Sequence record: NC_070956.1
Direction: 5' to 3' (one strand)
DNA: 64,000 nucleotides
This document shows, in pieces, positions 48,301 through 56,464 of this stretch. The stretch's first letter is position 1; each line of letters opens with the position of its first letter. A program made the position numbers and the translations under genes. The notes under the pieces were generated by a model, which searched no databases, was not told where the DNA came from, and saw only the letters and a program-made list of their open reading frames with translations.

Positions 48301-49409
48301 TCCAACATTCTTTTACCAGGACCTCTGGCAAAGAAGTTGGGGAGGTTACGGACGGCAGCACCCGCTAAACCTCGACCGGCCATGTCCCCTAACATACCAG
48401 CAGATACTGGCATCCCGTCAGACATCTCGAGCATGTCGGCGACCATTCCCAACACACTACTAGCACTATCTGAAGCATCTTGCCTGGCTTCTTTACCGAA
48501 ACGATCCCTGATGAGACCCGTCAGACCACCTACACGACGTCCTACCGTACTAAACAGGGAATCACGCATGTACTGTTTAGAAGCAGTGAAGTTTGATGTC
48601 TTTTGGTAATCAGACATCATCGTTCCTTTCAGGATCTTCTTCAGTTCGGCAACCTGGGCGTGCATGCCCTTTTCCATGAACTTGTAGTACTTGACGTTGG
48701 CCACATAGCCTTTCGCCATTAAGTTCAATTTGGTCTGTTCGATTTTGAACTGTACGTTGCGCTGGTAATCGTTAAGATCGCGAACACTAGTCTCGATATT
48801 GACGAGTTGGCGGTTACCGGCCATGACGGCAGAACTGATTTGACCACCAACGTTCGCAGACATTACGTTGAGGGAGTTCGTCATTTCTGAGAACAACCCT
48901 TCTTGGCGACTCATGACGCTGTCGAGCACCAAAGTCAAGTCATAATCAGACTCTTCTTCAATACCCTCCATGCTATTATAAGACCCATCACTCTTCTCCC
49001 AGTCAGAGAAATCTTTCTGGGAAAAGTCATCCATTTTGTTACGAAGACCGCCAGGTAACTTCTCACCGAAACGGTTGGAAAGCTGGCCGGCAATGCTTTG
49101 TAATGATCTGACCGATTCGTAGTTTTGCTCTTTGAGCTCTGTCTTGAGTTCATCGTAGCGTTCGATGGCACGGTTGGTTCGGTCGAAAGCGTTACTGAAA
49201 GTGTTGGGTAAAATAGTGCGGAGTGATCTAGTGATCGCCGCGCCTGACCCTACTGTTTCATTAACGAGTCCACCCAAGAACCCCGACGCCATACTTGACA
49301 CGAATCCTTTACCTTTGAAAGGATCGATATCAAAATCTCCATCGAGATCGAAATCACCCGCAAACGGGTCATCCCAATCATCGAGACCGAGATCATCTTC
49401 ATATGACAT
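42348..49409 (-). CDS. tail tape measure-like protein with C-terminal GH19 (lysozyme/chitinase-like) domain; positional equivalent of phiKZ gp181
   Basis: 2353 aa, helical with Gly-rich hydrophobic segments; KVETG...EN, DGWLYRGRGLFQLTGKANY, INGG at about 42900-43440; divergent from the vRNAP beta' gene. Confidence 0.85.
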   Translation of the reverse strand: MSYEDDLGLDDWDDPFAGDFDLDGDFDIDPFKGKGFVSSMASGFLGGLVNETVGSGAAITRSLRTILPNTFSNAFDRTNRAIERYDELKTELKEQNYESVRSLQSIAGQLSNRFGEKLPGGLRNKMDDFSQKDFSDWEKSDGSYNSMEGIEEESDYDLTLVLDSVMSRQEGLFSEMTNSLNVMSANVGGQISSAVMAGNRQLVNIETSVRDLNDYQRNVQFKIEQTKLNLMAKGYVANVKYYKFMEKGMHAQVAELKKILKGTMMSDYQKTSNFTASKQYMRDSLFSTVGRRVGGLTGLIRDRFGKEARQDASDSASSVLGMVADMLEMSDGMPVSAGMLGDMAGRGLAGAAVRNLPNFFARGPGKRMLESLAKKNPAEAKALRRQWGRLSNTGSKASYMSNAGVGLINFMAEDYQAMDEMPFIDYEDYVASLPPDKQPMSKARWTIQNAASNRAKAAMNSFMSEMNQAKGTQYTLKKRNPRDLVDAGIWTQGNNVTLNEVIPGLISRTNQLLEMIRTGDSNAELVTYNYMRGQFQNETNKQIAVQADLMPAAEFDRYATAALEFVDDLDPKKTLSQGARKAFAKVIARDVDREKNFNPFYYIGDIPGISGPMLDEIHAVVRRHFGLRDQDIARFNETTGFERMQVMTEMRNSRYQERLNKAGSAATNLKDLAPNIAERIDMLRATGNEQLLRDLGVIYTENGIDKVDMEVFHERIGMFMDDPNNPALRGMNPSDKTQGKKTRNSFHIPDRPAPANDGKRTEGASFAGLSSSLNTLTEKLDVLASSNMSSKSGKPDTAYMDTQTGEIVSNTSKIAESNQRMETILSSLLDLANKGKLFSGAPKNANEERQEEQAKEGLMGKIKGLFPEGMFGRGMDLLVKNSPIVLGGVLGGIASNFASNPIAAASMAVGGLALGGLVQYWGNKDRKEKVSASEPSDDEDIVDENGESILKSAKLKAGEYIDAITKRVINTYREIKGPVIDVVSKAIITVRELGGRIFGPDGRAVVLRGIETAKGMIVNAYNFVNPIGKLRAGIDMGKEIIYQQDVFVKGDLQNPRLRAVGFKNVEYWKDENGTFKPVKGWNEISGPVYDEEGNELISQAEFDEGLVTRTGQRIRQVGTMGSNMAGAAVGMGKQLFTNMMGKLGFERANEQASSHVSAVRGRGTNMNGVERRLDRIYKLLSQKFGMEIEDEELDDAGGPAMRKNSLEDKARQAAASQSDRVQKAIIDIGDTLTGKSKKKGEGEEKGKKPGLFGKLYDMMGSIGGFFKNPLGSLLGMVGGSMAASVKRLGTIGSALFSGVLGIGSPIFKLLSGGIKMLGGLLGPIARMAGSGIGGLLGMGGPGGRGGKLNKGMGRVGALLGGSALAYNLLTGDDSSSTPTEENMFNQKRPVTTADQIEDAANWIPQIGIGTTVLEAVMPKSWIDGIKNTGVYWTDDGQLFTDRRDAEQHMANSEGYKYNGTTYRTTLLANSIQKRLRFAMYGIREWRSDLAERVQRLEMMLLPHVNVGSGSAGFSKPEAVAEVFRQFVENSTPVPRDNINTWFQARFKPIFLTFVAAANAARFGDLQEYDAGQTHEVVLVAERVQEAIGHMSTNPYTIDVPIDQDTGTMSRIATTGEVADLMNELRKAYPAEKKADGLKLRTYDEQRQANLNPEVSDNKVVAWFQNKFGNESLIKSQEHIDKTFAVTAEIKDIDISDLHKDGDTEIEPFTLARLAVYGNDANINWRVDAVLKLERYCEENMVLSNGLGKLEIPLESVLALFKPMFRIKTELMMANWKAWFESRFLPVLQKYYALVYKQRGSSPKQGWRQLSNSNKAEIAKVLSEIMVMVDGEETSVWNVKASPFEGAQSGTDSDRADTYIKSLNSDAMKAALRDPVMEEAASKAIGEQLQDKSEARKQAEQARIAELTAMRMKRREQAGKQGGTFGGNNYASNGFANAFPPGGMGTTPGTVGAGSGGQYSGGFSEGWEMDPTLKAGDDQGLSMTPEQGEQLLLQGLLRAGITDNKQIALALALAKVETGNYKSTVENTNWSAPTLKKYFRNIPDMATAEKVAAMPPEQRAMYVYGRAPKGPTLGNEKPEDGWLYRGRGLFQLTGKANYEKYKRETGIDVVSNPRLVSEDPNVVADSAVRYLLGNKAIKSIATTGDFDSAVRGINGGNSVPFTDERRKAYTEYLAKLQNGQIKAAGPTKTSDFAPTSGGEDKIADVPNAADQNVPKAAEEKVASTKKTHKQEVDELLDKSSVNQQKAATASPPVSPSAAPTAAVTNPVPSPTPVQAPGPKPSAPAPVSQPAGPTTVSSVGPTPKPAPKQTGTGTQAVSDEGAQQLLSGIISQLGRLNDLMASQGKGGRPNTVGLG

Positions 49410-49435
49410 TTTAATACCCCTAAGGAAAAGTTTTA

Positions 49436-51055
49436 ATGAGTCGACAACCCACTAACTTTACGTTGCTTAATCCGAGGACCTTCCCTTGGCAAGCAATGGA
49501 ACCGGTTACGACAGGCGACACTTTTGAGGGACAGACTACGAACCTTCACGAAGAAGGCTTGTACTCAACTCGCATCTTCGGACGTGTCGGTACTGATGAC
49601 CGTGATAACACTGAATCCTACATCAACACCATCCTCCCCATTTTCAACCCCACCTTCTTTAAAGCACTGATTCAACTCAAGGCTTTGTACGGTGAGATCT
49701 TCAAAGGCAAGGTATATGCCAAGTGGGATCCCGAGGAAAAGGATTTCATAAAATCCAACGTCCTTGAAGGTGATACTGGTTATGCCTTCTTTATGTCTCA
49801 CTATGGTGAGTTAAGTCCGGCTAGTAACGCCTCTTTCAAGCGGACACAGAAAATCCAAATGCTGGAACGGTATCGCGACATTGCACTCCATAGTCGTATT
49901 CCTGTTATTCCGGCTGGTCTCCGTGATGTAGAGATTTCCCCTATCAATGGCCAGGTTACAGAGAACGAGATCAACGATCTTTATCGCAAGCTTTTGTTCC
50001 GTAGCAAGTCACTGAACATCAAGAACCCTGATGAAACAGATCCTGTCTACGATAACATCCGTTGGGGACTCCAAGAGTCTCTTAACAATATCGATCAGTA
50101 TCTGTTCGACCTTCAGGAAGGTAAACGTGGCTACATGCAACGTCGCATGTCTCGTCGTGCTGTACACTCTGCAACACGTAACGTTATTACCTCTCGTAAG
50201 GTTTCCGTTGAGGACATGGATAACAACCATACCGGTGATCCTAACTCCACTATCATCGGGATGTATCAAGCCCTGCTTGGTTACTCGCTCACCTGTCAAC
50301 ACGAACTGTTGAACGGTTATCTCTCTGAGTGTTTCACTCCAGGGATGCCCACTGCTCGTCTCATCGATACTAAGACACTCGAAAGTGTCTATATCGATGT
50401 CGATCCGAGTGTTGTGGACCGTTTCACTTCTGCTGACGGGATTGTTGGTCTGATCAACAAGTTCTCTGATCCGGAACTCCGTAACCGACCGATTAAGATC
50501 GAAGGGAAGTACCTGGCCCTGGTATATGATGATGGTAAGCGTGTTTGCTTACTCCATGATGTTAACGATCTTCCTGAGTCCATGCCCAAGAAGTTCGTCC
50601 GTCCGGTAACTTATATTCAGTTCTTCTACATGCAGTGTGTAAAAGCAATTGAACGTAAAATGTTACAAGTTACTCGGTACCCAATTACAGGGATAGGCTC
50701 CATCTTCCCGAGTCGTGTTTTCGTCCTTCCTACCAACGCTACTTCAGAAGAGCGTCAATTGGTGGACTTGGACGGAACCGTCATAGGTGGATATCATTTC
50801 TTCCCGTATTGGACAGAACAGCCCAGTTACTTTGATGGGATGTCCATCAGCAACATACGCCTTGGACTGGCTGGTGGTGACTTTGACGGTGACCAACTTT
50901 CGGCTAACTCCATTCAGGCTGCTGACTCCATCAAGGAAATCGAAGATATGTTTGATAAACGTATTTTCTATATTTCCGGTGCTGGTGAGTTCCTTTACGA
51001 CCCGGTTCAAGAACCGCACGAGTTTCTCCTTCGTGCATTAACTAATGGACTCTAA
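49436..51055 (+). CDS. rpoC: virion RNA polymerase beta' subunit N-terminal part (phiKZ gp180-like)
   Basis: EEGLYSTRIFG, PVIPAGLRD, KRG..QRRM..R, GGDFDGD catalytic motif. Confidence 0.92.
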   Translation: MSRQPTNFTLLNPRTFPWQAMEPVTTGDTFEGQTTNLHEEGLYSTRIFGRVGTDDRDNTESYINTILPIFNPTFFKALIQLKALYGEIFKGKVYAKWDPEEKDFIKSNVLEGDTGYAFFMSHYGELSPASNASFKRTQKIQMLERYRDIALHSRIPVIPAGLRDVEISPINGQVTENEINDLYRKLLFRSKSLNIKNPDETDPVYDNIRWGLQESLNNIDQYLFDLQEGKRGYMQRRMSRRAVHSATRNVITSRKVSVEDMDNNHTGDPNSTIIGMYQALLGYSLTCQHELLNGYLSECFTPGMPTARLIDTKTLESVYIDVDPSVVDRFTSADGIVGLINKFSDPELRNRPIKIEGKYLALVYDDGKRVCLLHDVNDLPESMPKKFVRPVTYIQFFYMQCVKAIERKMLQVTRYPITGIGSIFPSRVFVLPTNATSEERQLVDLDGTVIGGYHFFPYWTEQPSYFDGMSISNIRLGLAGGDFDGDQLSANSIQAADSIKEIEDMFDKRIFYISGAGEFLYDPVQEPHEFLLRALTNGL

Positions 51056-51057
51056 CA

Positions 51058-54000
51058 ATGACAGAAACCCAACTCGCGTTACTCGGTCATTCCGGTAACG
51101 AGGCGATTGAGTACAACCAGTTTGTTAAACTCTTCGCCACGAGAGAACGGGCCAGTGATGTCGTCAATCCCCGATACCAGTCTATCGGGGATGTGATGCT
51201 TCCACGAAGCTCTGTGTTCCATTATCAACCTAAAGGGTTGAAAGAGATGGGACCGAGCAATACCGCTCCGTTCATCTCTAACTATGATCGCCAGATCAAC
51301 ATGTTCTTTAACCCCAACTATGTTCATGATCGTGGTGCCATCAAAATGGTTCCGCTCCAGATGAGTAAGTTGGAGAAAAGCTATTTGGCTGGACACTACA
51401 ACTATCGTCGCACCCGTCAGATCTCTGCGGTTGCCAGCAAGCCTGGTGAACTGCTCATTGATAACATGGCACCTGGTCGACTCCCGGTTGTTTATCGTCG
51501 CATCACCATTCAAACTGGTTTCGACCAGGCTTACAACGAACTTGCCACTTTGATGGCTAACGTTGGTCAGTTCAGTAGCTACAATCTGAACCAATTTGCC
51601 GAATTCCCACTTCCCCGTGCTTTCCCCAGTTACAAGTTACTGGAGTTTAAGTTCGAGAAGTACATGAAACATTTCTTCAAGCGTTCCAAGGATGGCGAGA
51701 GCCTCGTTATGGAAGGTTGGGATAAAGAAACTCTGAAAGAGTTCCAAGCGGAATCTTCTTTCTGGCTTCTTGATCTTTATGGAATGATCATGGGACATGG
51801 TTATGAACAGTACTCGCTGTTCAACCGTCTGAACGAGAAAGCTCGTTCTCAGTTCAACATGATTTTCACTTACAACGGTCGTTGCTGGATTGTTAATCTT
51901 CAGACCCTGATCAACCTGATCGGTTATGACGATAAACCGAGTGATAAGAAACCGTCCGCGATCAAGATTGCGTACTTCAAGCGTTTCTACCTGTCACTGA
52001 TTTCTCTGGTAACACCGATTACTCAAGAGACGCCAGAGGTCAGTAACGATGAGCACGTTGTGGAAGAAGATGCTGAAAGCGAACCAGCGTCTATCGGAGA
52101 TCAAGGGAAGAACACCAATGTGGACAATCGTTCTGGTGGGGGTTCTCTTGACGACCTTTATAAGAAGCCTGTGGACACTAAGTCTGTGGGTAAAGGACAG
52201 CCAAGCGATGTCGAATCAACTCCAGCTGGAGGTTCGGACGGAAGCGATAACAAGGAGCCGGAAGGGGCCGGATCAAACAGCGATGGAGCTGGAGATGCGA
52301 CTGACGGAACAGAGTGGGGGACTGACATCCCAGATGAAGTATTCGAACGAGCTACTGTTGAACAAGCAGAAGTAGTTGCTACTGACTCCAGCTATGGACC
52401 AACAGTTACTGCTGATCGCGTTCTTCAACGTCTTGCACGTCAGGGTCAGTTGACCACTAAAGAACTCAAGTACTACACCGATATCTCTCGTAGCTATAAA
52501 GACATCGAGTTCGGTGGTCGTACCTTGGAAGAGATCGTTGACATCAAGTATAGCGATCTCGAGTTGAAGCCTGAGAAGATTGGTACAGACTCTGTATTGG
52601 TCGCCGATAAATCTGTTCAGCAGTCCAGGACTCAACAGTTTGTTAATGGCTACACCAAGGAATATCTGGAACGTGACATTATCAACATGATCCTGGGTGT
52701 TCAGAACGGTGGTACCGCACTGGTTGATTTCGATCGTGAAACAACCATCACCGCTGAATCCAAGTACGACGTGTACAAGCTTCGCCTCCAACCCGTTGAA
52801 GGTGGTGCCCTGACCACTCGGCCATTCCGTATTCCCAAGGTTGATGATGACGGCACTCTGTTCATGGGTGGGGTAAAGATCTATTGCCAGAATCTCCGTG
52901 TAGATATTCCGGTAAGAAAGATTTCTCCGACCAAGGTCAGTCTCTCTTCTTATTACGATAAGAAGATCATGATCGAACGCAGTCCGTACAAGGTCAATGA
53001 CTTTGCTGCGTGGTTGAAGGCCGCCATCCTGAACAAGAGTCGTGTGGATAAATCCCTCGTCGTCACTCTGGGTGGTCAGAAAGCAGATCAGAAAGAAGTG
53101 TGTTGGTACTACTCTGTACTCGCCAGCCGGTTCAAGGAAATTCAGTTCGGAAACTACCATTTCAAGTTTGACACCAAATCTTTGATTGGTGATAACAAGG
53201 CGTGGGGAAAACTCTGTAACGCTGAAACCTGGGTGATAGGGGTAGAAGGTGATAAACCTGTTCTGATCGACAGCTCTGGTTTGATTTCTGTGGAAGGTGA
53301 AGAGCGTGGGTACATTGAAGAAATCCTCGGTCTGGAAATCTTCAAAGCGCCGATACCGAACTGCACTGTAAACATCAACGGGTTCATGTTCCCGATCATC
53401 GCAGTGCTTTCGTATTGGGTTGGGTTCTCAGAGGTGATGAAACGCCTCAAACCTGTTTACCGGAGTATCGAACCTGGTGTCCGTCCTCAGCTTAGTGCTG
53501 ATGAATACATGGTACAACTCGCCGATGAACGACTCGTGTTCAACCGTCGTGATGAGTTCGCCACGCTGATCTTCTCCGGTCTCGAAAACATGCCGGGTAC
53601 CAAGAACTTCGCTCGTTCACAACTTGACGATCCGAACGTGTGGTTCTCCATCATCAGTAACGACAAAGTTAAACCTTCTCACTTTAGCGAGATGGGTTTG
53701 ATCTACGATATGTTTATCGACCCCATCACAGCTCGTGAGTTGGAACGTCGCAAATATCCGCTGGTGATGGACCAGTTACTGATGGCAGCGGCCAAACTGT
53801 TGTTGAGTAACGAAGCTTCTCACGAAGTAGAAATCACCGAACAGCGGTTCGTCGGTACCGAACGCATTCCAGGTCATGTTTACCGGGAGTTCGTGAAGTC
53901 TACCCGGCAGATGCGTAACAAGCCAGGTAAGAAGAAGACATTCGATCTGAACCCCGAAACAATCATGATGAACATTTTGACTGACTCCTCGTTCCAAAGC

Positions 54001-55416
54001 GTGGAAGAGGTTAACCTTGTTCACCAGGTTAAACAGCAAGAAGAAGTAACATTCGGTGGTTCCTTCGGTCGTACCGATCAAGCAATGGTTCGTCGTACTC
54101 GTGGTCAACTGGATAACTATGCTGGGATCATCTCTGAGGCCGGTAAGGACTCCGGTAAGGTAGGGTTTATTTCCTACATGACGTCCGATGCAAAGATCGT
54201 CGACCTTGCTGGTAACATCGATGTTGACCTTCCTGGCACTCCTGCTGGTCGTGGTTCTATTACTGCCAACCTGCTTTACGGCACCACTCGAGACGATACC
54301 AAGCGTTCTCTCTTTGCTGGTGTACAGTTGAGTCAGTGGATGGCTACTGATAGTTACGGTCCCGTTCCGCTACAAACGTCCTATGACACCCAAATCGCTT
54401 ATCGTACTAGCGAACTCTACTCTTCTGTTGCCAAAGATGACGGTGAAGTCATCGAAGTAACTAAAGAGGGGATGGTGGTCAAGTACAAGAACGGAAACAC
54501 CGATCGCTTCTTCTTGGGATATGAGATTGGCAAGGGTGCTGGTGAAAACCACAAACACCTGAAGATCACCGACATGAAAGTTGGTGATAAGTTCACCAAG
54601 GGCAAAGTCGTTGCTTGGGACAGTATGTTCCTGGCTCGCGATATTCGTGACCCCAACCGCGTTTGTACTAAACTCGGAACGATGACACGGATGGCACTCG
54701 GTGAAGGTCAATTCACCTTCGAAGACTCGATAGCGATCAGTAAGAACTATGCGCTGAAGAGTACCACTCCTTACGTTAAGGAGAACCACTTCGTTGTGAA
54801 CTATACCGACGTCATCACCATGCATGTTAAGGTGGGTGACAAGGTTGAGTACGCACAGCCTTTGGCAGATCTGCAAGACCCGACATCCGCAACCTTTAAT
54901 GATGATAGCATCATGAACGGATTGGATCGTCTGGGGATCAAACAGATCAAGGCTAAACAGGCTGGGGTAATCACCAAGGTCGAAGTCGTCTACAATGGTG
55001 ACATTGAGGATGCCGACCCGTCAGTTAAGAAGTTCATCCAGCAGCAAGACTCTGTCCGCGGTAAAATGGCCAAGTACCGCAACAACACGGCTACCGATGG
55101 TAACGTTGGTGGGAACACCTCTGTAGGTAAGAGTAAGGTATACCCTGGCACTGCCTCTGTCTCCATTTACATTGAGAACAGTCTCACCACCACCGTCGCG
55201 GATAAGTTCGTTGCAGGTAACCAAATGAAGGGTACTGTCGGGTTCATCTACCCCAACCCCATCTACACTGAAGATGGTCGAGAGGTTGATTGGTTCTTCT
55301 CCTTGAAGTCCCTTCTGAACCGCATGGTGCTCAGTCTCCGTGATAAGCTTGTTGCTAACGAAGTCAATAACGTTTACACGATTCGCATGATCGAGAAATA
55401 TCCGAGGTATGAATGA
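51058..55416 (+). CDS. rpoB: virion RNA polymerase beta subunit N-terminal part (phiKZ gp178-like)
   Basis: 1452 aa; SEAGKDSGKVG, DD.KR..F..VQ, FEDSIAIS, ADKFV.GNQMKG..G RpoB-like motifs. Confidence 0.9.
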   Translation: MTETQLALLGHSGNEAIEYNQFVKLFATRERASDVVNPRYQSIGDVMLPRSSVFHYQPKGLKEMGPSNTAPFISNYDRQINMFFNPNYVHDRGAIKMVPLQMSKLEKSYLAGHYNYRRTRQISAVASKPGELLIDNMAPGRLPVVYRRITIQTGFDQAYNELATLMANVGQFSSYNLNQFAEFPLPRAFPSYKLLEFKFEKYMKHFFKRSKDGESLVMEGWDKETLKEFQAESSFWLLDLYGMIMGHGYEQYSLFNRLNEKARSQFNMIFTYNGRCWIVNLQTLINLIGYDDKPSDKKPSAIKIAYFKRFYLSLISLVTPITQETPEVSNDEHVVEEDAESEPASIGDQGKNTNVDNRSGGGSLDDLYKKPVDTKSVGKGQPSDVESTPAGGSDGSDNKEPEGAGSNSDGAGDATDGTEWGTDIPDEVFERATVEQAEVVATDSSYGPTVTADRVLQRLARQGQLTTKELKYYTDISRSYKDIEFGGRTLEEIVDIKYSDLELKPEKIGTDSVLVADKSVQQSRTQQFVNGYTKEYLERDIINMILGVQNGGTALVDFDRETTITAESKYDVYKLRLQPVEGGALTTRPFRIPKVDDDGTLFMGGVKIYCQNLRVDIPVRKISPTKVSLSSYYDKKIMIERSPYKVNDFAAWLKAAILNKSRVDKSLVVTLGGQKADQKEVCWYYSVLASRFKEIQFGNYHFKFDTKSLIGDNKAWGKLCNAETWVIGVEGDKPVLIDSSGLISVEGEERGYIEEILGLEIFKAPIPNCTVNINGFMFPIIAVLSYWVGFSEVMKRLKPVYRSIEPGVRPQLSADEYMVQLADERLVFNRRDEFATLIFSGLENMPGTKNFARSQLDDPNVWFSIISNDKVKPSHFSEMGLIYDMFIDPITARELERRKYPLVMDQLLMAAAKLLLSNEASHEVEITEQRFVGTERIPGHVYREFVKSTRQMRNKPGKKKTFDLNPETIMMNILTDSSFQSVEEVNLVHQVKQQEEVTFGGSFGRTDQAMVRRTRGQLDNYAGIISEAGKDSGKVGFISYMTSDAKIVDLAGNIDVDLPGTPAGRGSITANLLYGTTRDDTKRSLFAGVQLSQWMATDSYGPVPLQTSYDTQIAYRTSELYSSVAKDDGEVIEVTKEGMVVKYKNGNTDRFFLGYEIGKGAGENHKHLKITDMKVGDKFTKGKVVAWDSMFLARDIRDPNRVCTKLGTMTRMALGEGQFTFEDSIAISKNYALKSTTPYVKENHFVVNYTDVITMHVKVGDKVEYAQPLADLQDPTSATFNDDSIMNGLDRLGIKQIKAKQAGVITKVEVVYNGDIEDADPSVKKFIQQQDSVRGKMAKYRNNTATDGNVGGNTSVGKSKVYPGTASVSIYIENSLTTTVADKFVAGNQMKGTVGFIYPNPIYTEDGREVDWFFSLKSLLNRMVLSLRDKLVANEVNNVYTIRMIEKYPRYE

Positions 55417-56285
55417 ACAACAACCGTGAAGTCTTTGGACTGAAAAGTATCCAAAGCTTGATGCGGGAAGTTGGTCTTTATGGAGGGCGCATCGACGCCC
55501 TCTTTGGACCGTCCTGTGTCGACGCAATGAAAGCCCTGGTGGCTAATGCAAATCCGTCCTACAACCCGATTGTAGCCGTTCCTACTTATGACGCTACCGA
55601 TGTATTCAAGTGGGTACAGGAATACCTTGTACGCGCTGGCAAGACCCCTAACGGGTTTGCCGTAGATGGTAAGTGGGGTAGCGGTACCGAAGGTGAACTC
55701 GGTAAGCTCTGTAACATGTACGCTGAAGCGCATTCGCTTCCTTTCTATAGCTACGCTTGGACCGCTCACCCCAGGATCACTCCTGAGATGGTCGCGAAGG
55801 TAGAAGCATGGATGGTGAAGTGGGGTAAACCCAAAGAACATGTCAACTATTTGTTCAGTTGTATGGCACTGGAAACAGGTCGTACTTTTGACGCTTCGAT
55901 CAAGAACAAGCATTCCGGCGCTGTTGGGCTGATCCAGTTTATGCCTGGCCCTAATGGTTCTGCTGTTGATCTCGGGACCACCACCGATGCCTTGGCGAAG
56001 ATGACTGAGGTTGACCAGCTGGACTATGTCTTCAAATACTTTGAAAAGTACGGGTACATCAAGAAGTGTGCTCGACTGGAAGACTACTACCTCACCATTT
56101 TCTATCCTGCCCATGTCGGTAAAGACCCCAACATCAAAGTTGGCGTGGAAGGAACCAAACTCTATAGTCAGAACTCTGGTTTTGACCGTGAGAAGAAAGG
56201 GTTCTACACCGTCGGTGATATCGCTTTCGCGATTACCGAATTCTACTGGGAAGGTATGGATCCGAAGAAACGTACCATTAAGTAA
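55413..56285 (+). CDS. modular endolysin: N-terminal peptidoglycan-binding domain + lysozyme-like transglycosylase domain (EL188-like)
   Basis: GLY.G.ID..FG and VDGKWG.GT PG-binding repeats; CMALETG.TF..SIKN, GLIQFM, QLDYVFKYF, LEDYYLTIF.P match recalled EL gp188. Confidence 0.9.
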   Translation: MNNNREVFGLKSIQSLMREVGLYGGRIDALFGPSCVDAMKALVANANPSYNPIVAVPTYDATDVFKWVQEYLVRAGKTPNGFAVDGKWGSGTEGELGKLCNMYAEAHSLPFYSYAWTAHPRITPEMVAKVEAWMVKWGKPKEHVNYLFSCMALETGRTFDASIKNKHSGAVGLIQFMPGPNGSAVDLGTTTDALAKMTEVDQLDYVFKYFEKYGYIKKCARLEDYYLTIFYPAHVGKDPNIKVGVEGTKLYSQNSGFDREKKGFYTVGDIAFAITEFYWEGMDPKKRTIK

Positions 56286-56294
56286 GGAATTCAC

Positions 56295-56462
56295 ATGTCC
56301 AAGCTGTTCGTCGACAACGTAACCACGCTGTCGAACCTCTACGAAGTCATTGCAGGAACGCTCCAGCAAATTGGCTACGAATACCAAGCCCCTCTGTCTC
56401 CGGCAGAGGAACAGGAAGTGATCTCTCGTCAGATCAAAAACAAAGTTCTGAGTGAGGACTAA
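56295..56462 (+). CDS. 55-aa small protein (not in the ORF track)
   Basis: TAAGGA SD; MSKLFVDNVTTLSNLYEVIAGTLQQIGYEYQAPLSPAEEQEVISRQIKNKVLSED; fills the gap between flanking genes. Confidence 0.75.
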   Translation: MSKLFVDNVTTLSNLYEVIAGTLQQIGYEYQAPLSPAEEQEVISRQIKNKVLSED

Positions 56463-56464
56463 TA

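Noticed and set aside
52030-52380. Acidic Gly/Ser/Asp-rich low-complexity stretch in vRNAP beta as a novel domain
   Set aside because: Variable disordered acidic linkers at this position are, as I recall, typical of gp178-family proteins; no further signal
49436-55416. Introns, inteins or homing endonucleases in the vRNAP genes
   Set aside because: Both ORFs are continuous, of the size expected for gp180/gp178 homologues, and only 2 bp apart
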